From: Antedon mediterranea | Lineage: Eukaryota; Animalia; Echinodermata | DNA: 64,000 bases | Direction of reading: 5' to 3' | Assembly: GCF_964355755.1 (NCBI RefSeq) | Contig: NC_092672.1 | Location: forward strand, 4,898,001-4,962,000 | Shown: in pieces, positions 53,201-64,000 of the stretch | Layout: every line of letters starts with the position of its first letter | How positions within the stretch are numbered: the first letter of the stretch is position 1 | The notes under the pieces: model-generated | Databases searched by the model: none | The model's input: only the letters and a program-made list of their open reading frames with translations | Told to the model about the DNA's origin: nothing | Position numbers and translations under genes: made by a program

Positions 53201-53447
53201 ATATGTTTTTATTTTTTTGTTCTCAGAAAGTATAAAGTGTTTTGACAACAGATGTATTGGCATGAATGAACAGCTAAATTTACAAGATGCGAATATTATT
53301 TTTTTCAAGCAACTTCTTCACGCTCCCAAAAGCAACCCGAAGGCCAATGAAATCCAGAGTATTCTGCGTGAACTCGATGCACATAGCATGACCTCTGATC
53401 ATGTGTATCTTCGATTGAAAAGTTTATACCGAACTAGTGAACCGTAA
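50239..53447 (+). CDS. PKDCC/VLK-like secretory-pathway kinase-fold protein (probable pseudokinase), ~391 aa
   Basis: Exons 50239-50997, 51240-51435, 53227-53447 (1176 nt). N-terminal signal anchor, coiled coil, LGCGEI, VAVK, LLLRQIQHSGIPKMLGMC, VVELG, YLAHSSLGS, Cys-rich EKEC..C..C..C.GMNEQLN as in PKDCC. Probable 5'UTR exon ending ~49431 with acceptor at 50187. Confidence 0.82.
51669..51847. mobile_element. MITE family A, copy 5 (opposite orientation)
   Basis: Reverse complement of the family A body; TTA flanks. A degenerate copy lies at ~56100-56244. Confidence 0.88.
52711..52948 (+). mobile_element. tRNA-derived SINE
   Basis: tggagttgtggcttggtggttatgatgcttggctaccactc...gggtttaagtcccg head with A/B boxes; matches 17995-18205. 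Related tRNA-like heads at ~15195-15290 (-), ~59023-59130 (+) and ~61140-61298 (-). Confidence 0.85.
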
Positions 53448-53596
53448 CAACGCCCCTTAAATGCGGGCTGCATAAAAGATCAATGCAAATTTTATTTATC
53501 AAACTGAAATTACTACCAAGGCAACTGAGGAAAATTTTCAGTTTTAATTTTTTTGGCAGCAATAGACAATTCAAATAGTAATAATAATCTGCGTAA

Positions 53597-53996
53597 AGGC
53601 CCATTCACACTAGGATGATAACGATCGACGATAATAGACAATAATTTGCATTTTGCATACATAAAATAAAAGAAATATAAAACCTTTTCATTCTAGAACT
53701 ATAGAATAACCATCTATGCTTCCTTTGATGAAAATGATATTTTCACACATTCAATCAAATGACGTCATGATTAGTAAGAGCAATAATATCGTGACGATAC
53801 AACGATTTTATTGTTTTTATTTATTATGACGTCATTTGATTAGAATTTTAAAAATATTATTTTTATCAAAGAAAGCATAAATGCTTATCCTATAGTCCTA
53901 GAGCGAAACCCTTTCTAATTTCTTTTGTTTTATGTTTAAAAAATGCATGCTTATATATTTATCGTCGATCGTTATCGTCCTAGTGTGAATGGGCCT
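53597..53996. mobile_element. 400-bp foldback/MITE with long imperfect TIRs, TAA TSD
   Basis: aggcccattcacactagga(t/c)gataacgatcgacgataa and its reverse complement; complementarity extends ~175 bp inward. Confidence 0.85.
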
Positions 53997-56900
53997 TAAA
54001 GGGGTACTCCGGGGTTTAAAATTTCTATTGTTTATTATGAAATATAAACCCTTGCAACAAATTTGATTATAGCTGTATTTATTTTTAGACAGAAAGTTTA
54101 TATTTTATAATAAACAATAGCCATTTTAAACATGGATCTACCCTTTTAATTGGAATGAAATTTGCGTACGTGTGGACATGCCCTTAGCCATCAAGCTAAA
54201 GATTTGTTGTGTCTATAAGGACAATTGCAGGCTGGTTATCGCGGATGATTCAAGTCTTTTCTCAAGAACAACTTGTTCTCCTATAAACTGAATATTTTGT
54301 TTATTTCAAAACTGAACGGTAGAAACATTGCTATATTATTTCCTGAAAAACAACTGTTAATGAAATGTTTCTCGAAGTGTTACAGTTAGTACTGAAAATT
54401 GGGAACATTGAAACAGATTGCTCTGGCACAACATGGTTGTACTTCTATACAGAGCAAGGATCTTTAGCCAGCTGAAGACGGACAGTCCAAGTAGACAATG
54501 CGTAAAATCGTTCAATTACAATGTTTTTTAATTGAAATTGTCTTCTTTTTCTCAAGAGTATTCAATGAGTTTCAGGGAATTATTTGGTTTTTTCACAAAT
54601 TGTCGTCAGAATTTTGTTCATGTATTTTTCACAGCGTCATATAAGGCCTGTTTTTTGTAGAGGTTTATTGCACCATTTTAACAAATTCTTTTTGTTTTCT
54701 GATTTCCATTCCATTCCTCTTCAAAGTTTTTACTGTAATATATTTAGTCTAAATTTGTATATTCTCTCTCCCCGTACATTATAGTGTTAAAACCTTGTTG
54801 TTTAGGACGATAACAATCTGGTATTCGAAATGTGTCTTTAATGGTAAAAAGGAATTGGTGACATTTTGGTCCCTATGAAAAGTCTTGTATTGAGAGTGTT
54901 TCTAGTTTTTTTAAAGAGTTTGGTATTAGAGAGTTGACTGTATGCATCGTTTATTTTTCTTTTTAATTCACTATTTATCGTCGTCGTTTATCGTGCATAG
55001 TATAAACAAGTCTTAAGTGTTGCGGTAACTAACAATTTAGTAGGAAGTCTAACAAATGACTTAATTTTGATATAGCAATGTGTATTACTGTTCAAATTGT
55101 GAATCATGTCTGAAATTTAAATGTAAATCATAGAGGTGAGATTATATTTAAAATTGATGGTGCTATTAACAGTGCTTTTAGATATACATTGAGAATTTAG
55201 TCCTGCATTCACTTGAACTTTCACCAGTTCAGAGGTCAAAGTGGTACGTAATACTACTACATGCAATTGGTACTAATACAGTTTATACTACTACATATAT
55301 TAATACTACTATATACCATTGATACTACGTATATAATTGGTTGTAAAAGATAGGTGCTTCACAGTAATTGAAAACTTAAATTGATAATAATGCTTTGTTT
55401 TTATACCTCGATTTAAATGTGTCGTTTCAATCCCGATGTGCAATTTGAGAGCCTTCCATTTTTACAAAGCCTTTTTAGAACCAAGCAAAGTATGTTTTCC
55501 AAAAACTTTTTGCGATTTTATTCAAAATTAATTTCTAATCTTCATATGTAAAAGGGTCAACTTATTTCCAAAAATTAATCATGACTACAAAAATATGAAT
55601 TGATAAACACACTAGGTATAATACAATTAATTTTATTCAAAATACATTGAGAGATATTGTACAATATTATTAGTAAATATAAAGTAAGTTTTAAAACCTT
55701 TTTAACATATACTGAATTATCACCCTAATGTTATATGATTTAAATGTGTAGAAGTTATACCTCTGATAGTAGGAAGCTCTCAATTTGTGTCAACAAAACT
55801 AAATCAGGTCAATTGATGACCAAGAGAAAAGGTCAAACACGCGTCAACTTAAGGTGCGTGAACACGCGCCCCAATATTCCCGCATGCGCACAATGAACGA
55901 ATACAACATAGTTTGGTCAACATAAATCTAAAGCTCTCTAATTTGCTTGTACTGTATTAATTCTCAATATAATGTAAAATATAAATTGTGGTGCGCATGG
56001 AATTTTAATCTGGTGGTAAAGTTTACTAATATCCCTCACCAACATTTTGGTGAGGTGCTGACGAGAGCAATATAATTATATATTTGTTTTGTGTTATGTT
56101 TGGTTACCACTAGAGATGCAATGTAGATGCAACGCCAGTAATTTGACCAATCACAAGCAATGGATTATTTGAATTGTTGCTTCTCATTGGTCAACTTACT
56201 TGCATCCATATCCTTGCATTATGTCTCTTGTGAGAACCATGCTTTATTTGATGTAACCGATTTATATGTACCATACCTTACTCGGATAATCTGACCTAAA
56301 GCCCCAATCTTACATATTCTGATGAAGTGTATCTGAGAATATTTTTTTTTTTAAATTGCCCCGATATACTTATATAAATAAATAAATTGGTTGTGTTCTT
56401 AAACATTTTTTAAAACTGTGATCAAATGACTTTTAAAACATTTAAAATGATAACCAATGATGATCCGTCCCTTCCAATGTAGTGTAAGTAATGTCTGTAG
56501 AATGTTTAGTAAAATGTTTGGCATTGGTTCAGTTTTTTATTAGGCCTATTTGTTGTCTATTATTTATTAAAATAACTATGGTTTATCAATCTGGTGGTTT
56601 ACATTGTGTATTACTTATAGTCAATTTTTAAACCTTTATATGTATTGTACTGTTTTTTTTCTTTTTTTTAAACTGTATTTTTACACTTGTTTGGGAAAGT
56701 TTTTTAAAAGATATATAAATGATTATTCTTTGGTGTAAATTACTAAAGGAATTACTAAATAAATATTGTTACGATATAGCAAATATTTCACTTCATACAT
56801 CAATTATCATAATACAAGAATTGAAAAAAATGTGTAGCGCATATCAGATGTGCGCTTATAATTTTACAAAATTATAATGTATTATTTAAATTATGAGCCT

Positions 56901-57833
56901 GCACTCATTAAATTAGATATTGCATGTCATATTTCATATCATAAATAACAAAGTAAAAAGGAGGAGGTAGATGGACAACTGAATTGGGAATTGCTCACTT
57001 CTATACTATAGAACTTAAAGTGCATTAAAGATGTATTGTCCCTTTGACTAATTCCAAAAAATTTTTTTTTTTTAAATTTTGAAAAAAGGGGGTCATTTTG
57101 AAGTATCATAATAGTTATTAACTTTCACCAAAAATTAGTTGAAAAAAAAAATAATTTAACCAAAATACAGATGTTTTTTTGTTCAAAAAATAACTTTGAC
57201 TTCCAGTCAAAGTTTTCAATCAAAACATATCTCATAATGCAACGCGCTTGTTTGGCTACTCTGTATGCATAATCGTAAAATTTCTTCGCGATCTGTGTGA
57301 AAACACCTTCTCAACCGTGACGAGTTGTAAACAATCCTAATTAGCATCATGGATAATGCATACTCATGGTTTGAAATCTTTGTTTACTTTTGCTTGCGAC
57401 GATTTCCCAGACGAAATGTAATCTAATTAATTTACCTGTTAATTACGTAAACTTGTTGTTTTTGGTTCGATTTTTCGACTTAAAGTGAATAACTTTAATA
57501 TTACTTTGATATGGCTAATTTAAATTTAGAATATTTTTTTTTTTTTCATTTTTTGTGTTTCAAGGGACAATACAGCTCTGTCCACACTATCAAACTAGTT
57601 TGACAAAAAAAGTGTAATGTGTCCAAATATGGTAGTGCTACAACCAGATATGGTAGTGATATGACATCATCATATATGGGCACCTCACATTTTTTTTAGA
57701 ATTTTTGACAGTGTCAAAAAGTTTAATTGTCTAAACAGAGCTTTACTATCTTTACTATATACAATATAATATTTCAGTAATAGTAATATAAATAATATTT
57801 TAACTTTATGCATGATTTAATTTATCTAATTAT

Positions 57834-60800
57834 TCAGAATCTGGATGTATCCCTTCCGAACAGTAATGTTTTGGTCCAATCCATTGGTACCTGCATTCTA
57901 AGTCTCCAACTTCCCAACCGTGTCAAATACGCTGACCGCCATAACAACCACGAATGAAATCCTAAAATATTATATGATATAAGATATTATTAATGCATTA
58001 TAACTATGTATATAACTTAAATCGATTAACAAAACTGAATTCTTAAACCTATTTCAATCATTTATTAAACTATAATAAAAAAAAATAAAGACACTGATGT
58101 TTTCCACTAGGTGAATTTATTAATGCAAGGAATCCAACGTCACTCGCGGCAGAGAACCATAAGTTTAGAGGGATTGATTGTTTCAGCATTAGGATATCTT
58201 GAATTCTGTAATGATGGGAAGTTGAGTTCAACCCTAACCACAGCGTTTTTTATTTGTGTGAATAAATTTGGCTAGCGTTGCTTACCCTGGGCCTGCACGG
58301 CAGGCATATCAGTGAGAGCCTTGTAGTTGCCTACGTAAGCTAGCATACCCATACTCTTGAATACAAATGATTCAACTTCCTTATCCGTTTTTAGGCACTC
58401 TAAACTCGTGGAAAGATATTTTCCTTGTCTTTCAGCAACCTACAAATGAAAATAATAGTTATCTTGACCAATGACAAGCAACAATTTGAATAATTCATTG
58501 CTTGTGATTGGTCAATCACCTGGAAAACTGCTTTTTTTAAATTTAGATAGGCCGGTGATACTTCAGTTTGAAATGAAAGTGTTAATCTTAACACTTAGCT
58601 GTTTATACTATTTACGACGCTAATTATATGACATTGCTTGCAATACGAAAGCATATAACTCCATGGATCTGAACATACTAAGAGATCAGAGTTAAATTGC
58701 ACCATTATAATAGTACCATTTACATTAGATTTAAGATCTATGCTAAGTTGCCTAGTACCATTCACACCACATAAGGATTTAAGATCTAGGTTAACTCACC
58801 TGAGCAGTACAGGGTAAAGTATTTCCCTGAATATTAGCACAGTCTCCAATAGCATATATAGACTTACTATCATCTCCCAATACGTTCAATTTTTCGTCTG
58901 TTATTAACTGGCCAGATTGATTCTTATCAAAATCCAGGTTTTTCACAAATGGCCTTGAAAAACATAATAATTTTTTTAAATTTCATACGCATCCAATAGC
59001 TAGTAAACTATTTTATAATTTAGTGGAGCTGTAGTGTAGTGGTTAATATGCTTGCCTTCCAATCCCAAGGTACAGGGTTCAATCCTGACCTAGTGCCAGG
59101 GTTCAATCCTGACTATTTCAACTCCACTCCATATAGGCCCACAGTTTTTTTTTAACTGACTGGCAGTATTTTTAATAGTAGGAGTTCATGTGTTACCATA
59201 TAAAAAAAACTGCATTTTAATATTTGTTCAAGCACCACCATTGTTTTCAAGACACCTTTTCAAATAGTGCCTTAGCAACTGGTATAATTGACTATAATTA
59301 TGCATTAAGTATGGTTCCTACTAGGACACAACGACCTGGACACAATGTATCAACACAAAGCACATTATGAACACAACAGCATCACAAGCGGGAACCGACG
59401 ACATAAACACAGCGCCATAAAAAAAGGAACACAATTATGCAAATTCAATTTTTTGCAGGTAAGGGGAAACACTATTGTCGGGAGAGCATTTTCTTACATT
59501 GCGTGAGTTATGTTGTTCTGGGAACCATGTTTTAATGTTGTATATATCTTACCAGGGAAGAGTGAAGCCCTGATCTTACCTTGGGGCTAAGCCAGTCGAC
59601 CAAACAACTAAACCACATGGCAAAAATGTACCATCTGATAACTTCACACCATTTTCTTGAACCTCTATAGTAAAAGTAATAATAATATTAATATGTATGA
59701 TAAATTTCACTATTCGAAATAGATATTTGCATATTAAATAGTTATTAATAACACACCAAAGTGAATCCTTGCCATATGATTGGTTGATTACATATCACAT
59801 GGCATGCATTAGTTGCACCTTCGACATTCAATGTAAAATGGAAGCAGTCAATTAATAGAATAAAAGATTGTTATAAAATAAACAATGAATGATTTCATAT
59901 TCATGGAATGGAGAATAAAGCTCTGTCGACACTATCAAACTAGTTTGACAAAAAAAGTGTGATGCACCCAAATACAGTAGTGATATTCCTAAATATGGTA
60001 GTGATATGACATCATCATGTCCATATATGGGCACATCACATTTTGTTGTCACATAAAGTTTGATAGTGTAGACAGAAATTAGATACCTGTTACATGAGAC
60101 TGGACAAGTTTCATCTGCTTTCTGGACTGTATTTTTTTGACAGCATAGTTTTGTAGTCCTTCACTGAATGAGGATAGAATCTTATTAGCTTCAATTAATG
60201 ATACCGAGATTAGATCCTTCTCCTCACTGTAAAGTCTGGAAACATCCTAGATAGGTTAAAATTCTAGTAACACATTAATCAATATTAACCCTTAAGCTCT
60301 GTCTACACTATCAAACTAGTTTGACAAAAATATGTGATGTGCCTATATATGGACATATCATTAACATATTTAGGAATGTCACTACCATATTTGGGCACAT
60401 CACACTTTTTTGTCAAACTAGTTTGATAGTGTAGACATAGCTTTAAGCAAAATCTTTTTACGTCTTATTTTGGTAGGATAAGATAGACAGGTGCCTTTTT
60501 TACTCGAGCTCTTGTGAACACTGTTCCGGCTCTCACATGGAGCTTTAAAGTGCTGGAGAATGGAGCAGTGTAAATGGTTCCTCTTCTTCTCCGTCATTTG
60601 TTGGTTATCTTAGGATCATTTTTGTGTGTAAAGCGCTTAGAAACATTGTATTAGACTACCATTATTATTATTACTCAGGATTTTGAGGAAAATTAGAAAT
60701 TCATTTTATTGTGTGCAAAATAAATAGAAACTGTAAAAAAAAAGACAAGAAATACCTCGCGTAAAAAGTCATAAAATTCAGCCCCAAACTCAACACCTGT

Positions 60801-62225
60801 AGGTCCACCACCTACAATGACAATATGTAGAAGCCTCTTGCGCTCATCCGACGATATCCCAGGATGCAATGCCAATTCAAAGTTATTCAATATTCGGTTA
60901 CGGATATTCCGTGCATCAGCTATCTCCTACAAATGTACAGTATATAAAATTGTTATTATTTTTATTTAGAGAATGTTATATTAAAGCGGTACAATTTAAA
61001 AGTTATACTAATCGGGGCTAAATTTAGTGCTATAGTAGTGGGAAAATGATGCAATCCTCTATATCAACCTAACGTACTGTAAGTCCTGTATTTATTTCTG
61101 AACATAGGGTAATGAGCTGTTAAAAGCTTATTTTACTAAAGCCTCGGCATTATGTGGTATGGTGGCCATTTCCCTTCCATGCCATCTTATTCTCCTTAGT
61201 ATTTTCAACCACATACTCATTTACAGGAGAGTAGACTGGGAGTTGTCAGGATTGAACCTAGGTATGACAGGTGTCCTAACCACTCGGCTACCCAACTCCT
61301 AGTTACCTTTAAAAATGATGAATGCTCGTAAACTCCAGGCACGCCAAATGTATTACTCAAAGCACCAACTGCTATAACAAGTTTGTCATACTTAATCTTA
61401 TATGCCTTCTCAGGAACCAATACGTTTTGACAATGAAGTGTTTTCTCAATCGCGTCCACACTGACGGCTTCCGATAAGTGGAAATGGTCTGTGTGCCGAA
61501 AGCCTGTGTTTCTAACAGGTTCTATTATACTCCTGGAAAAATTGTTGACAATTTTCATTAATTTATTTAAGAGAAGTGTGATACAGATTAGCTTTATTAA
61601 TACTCTTACATACTTTATTTAAGAGATAAATGTACAGTAATTCAAATTGCAATTTCTAAAAGTTAAGCATGCATCATATTAACAGCATAGGTTATTTTTC
61701 AACAGAATTTGATTTGAATCAAATAAGACACGATTTTATTTTAAGCTCTGCTGTCTACACTATCAAACTAGTTTGACAAAAAAGGTGTGATGTGCCCAAA
61801 TAGTGTGGACGTGATATGACATCAACACGTCAATATATGGGCACATCACATTTGTTGTCACAAAAACTTGAATAGTGTAGATAGGGCTTTAAATTGTTAC
61901 ATTTCCAATATACATTGTATGAACATATATTCTACCTGAATTCTAGCGTTCCAACCGTTGTGCTTGCCAACAAAGGCGTGAACAAGAAATGGTTTCGAGG
62001 GCTCACAACAATTACATCATAATATTTTTTGTTGACATTTTTTAACACACTGTAACCACCCCAACCGGTTCCAAGTATAACTAGCTTTTCTCTTTTCTGT
62101 GATGACTTGCTTGACAAATGTTTATTGCCGAGAATTGTGAAAGAGGAGGATAAAGTTATCTGTGTTAGGAATGTTGGAAATGAGTAATGAAGAAGCAATC
62201 TTTTGGGAAGAATACTTGACATCAT
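57834..62225 (-). CDS. Type II (alternative) NADH:ubiquinone oxidoreductase (NDH-2, NDA/NDE/NDI1-like), ~455 aa
   Basis: Exons 62225-61936, 61532-61307, 60926-60756, 60246-60087, 59664-59580, 58953-58800, 58439-58286, 57961-57834 (1368 nt). Motifs [103 protein letters not shown]. Basic, Ser-rich mitochondrial presequence-like N-terminus. Confidence 0.95.
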
Positions 62226-64000
62226 GCCAGGTTGAATTCTAGTACAAACAAAAAGATAAAAGAATGCATTAAAAAATCAATAAACAATATATATAACAAT
62301 AAAATAAAACAATATGTGCAGTAAATCTTATTAATATTACCATTAAGTTTTAAATAATATACTTTGCAAATCGTTGGCTATCACAGAAATCATGAAATAT
62401 AAGTAAGAATGAAATATTGTCTAGAAATTGAATTGCAAGTTTGCAGACTGTTATTAATATTATTAATTATATTATAAATGTATTATATCATGAAGATCAG
62501 TCGACCAAAACAATAAAGGGACTAGCGCCCAATAAAGTTGTAGAGTTGTATCAATAGACTTACTAAAGTCTATAATAATATATATACTTCACCCCATACA
62601 TCTACTACTATCTAGGCCTAGGCTAGGCCTACTACAGTAAATACAGGCTTGCTTGGCCAACACACCATCCAGTCAAAGAACTTGTATTGTTGTTGTAAGT
62701 TCTTTGCACAGCACATACAATATAAATAACATGTTACATGTTAACAATAAAATAAAACAATATGTGCAGTAAATCTTATTAATATTACCATTAAGGCTTC
62801 GTCGTCAGACTCAGAGAGTTGTAAAGGAATAGGCCTACTACTAGGCCTAGGCTTAAAGAAATTGTATAGACACACATAGGAACTTACCATGAAATAATAA
62901 TAATTAAGAATTACTTATTTAGTTTCATAAAATCACTTTCACAGACGTAATTTAACCAATTAAATTATTATTGTGACTCCGGTTCGTTTTATTGACTACC
63001 GGGTTTTTGTTTACGTTTTACGATGGAAGTGTGTAAAAGAAGTGAAACGGCGGTATGAATTGGTTTCAGTTTAAACTAGTTTTATTGATTTTTAAGTCAT
63101 CATGAATATCATAATCGACATATTTTATTTTTAAAACGCGCATACATTTAACTATTACTTTCTTAGACAATTTAAGTTGCTTTACAAATTAGAATAATAA
63201 AACAGATGTACATTAAATTATGTTCGTCTTAAAGATGTTGTCCCCTAAAAAACAATGAAAATGAAGAATAAAAAAAAAAACACTTTGAATAGGACATTTC
63301 GCAGTTCTAGTTAAACACTTTCGTAGAAAAAAATGTTTTCACTATAATGACAAAACAAACGGTTTAATTAGCTAAAGATAATTAAACTATTTTGGCTCTA
63401 TTTGTTTTTTTTTTCAGGTATATTTTTTTGTTGATCCAATTTTTGGTCAATGAATAATATGTCGACATTTAAAAAATGAGATATTGAACAAAAACATTTT
63501 AAAAATCAGGGGGACAATATATCTGTAAATAAAAATGTTTTAACAGCAGCCTGTTTTTGTGATAAATTTGCGGTTATAATATATCCAACAGAGGCCTGTT
63601 TTATAACCAACTCCATGATTACATAAAACAAATACAAATTCATACTGCTCGACCAGCTAGCTGAAACAAAGTATACTGTTTGGTAAAAATGAAATAACCA
63701 TAAGTCAGTTTAATATAACCGAATTTATATTTATTCATTGAATTATTAGCGTTATTCATTTTATTCTGGAATGTCCACTGTAAACACGAAAGAAAACGTT
63801 TATTCCATGAATTACATTGCAAATATGTTGTTTTATAAAACCAACGAATAAGTCATTAGCAAATTGTGTTGTAGTATTGCTGCTATAACACGAATTGGCA
63901 CACTAATGTCATAACATTTAATGTACGTTAAGTATGTTAATGCTATTAAAATTCCGAGAAGAGGAGATGAGCCTATTAAAATTGAACTTGTACTTATTTT

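Noticed and set aside
21662-62225. Functional gene cluster linking PITP, peroxidase, kinase-like gene and NDH-2
   Set aside because: No shared pathway or regulatory evidence; adjacency in an animal genome is not evidence of a system.
62297-62794. ~50-bp direct repeats as possible LTRs
   Set aside because: Too short, with no TG...CA ends or internal coding sequence; likely a local duplication.

Overview
AT-rich, intron-containing animal genomic DNA; an invertebrate, possibly echinoderm, origin is my inference from gene content and repeat style. Manual splicing (GT/AG sites, frame-consistent) gives: (1) the 5' part of a minus-strand gene for a probably N-myristoylated protein; (2) a cluster of three paralogous 4-exon genes encoding predicted type I membrane proteins (signal peptide, IgGFc-binding/FCGBP N-terminal domain, Cys-rich stalk, TM, unrelated cytoplasmic tails); (3) a class I phosphatidylinositol transfer protein gene with two tandem homologous 100-nt exons that look mutually exclusive; (4) a 10-exon animal heme peroxidase with a predicted N-terminal type II membrane anchor and a Glu-to-Val change at a heme-linkage position; (5) a PKDCC/VLK-like secretory kinase with degenerate catalytic motifs; (6) an 8-exon type II (alternative) NADH dehydrogenase. 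Non-coding DNA is dense in MITEs, tRNA-derived SINEs, a LINE remnant and minisatellites. Family assignments come from recalled motifs, not database searches.
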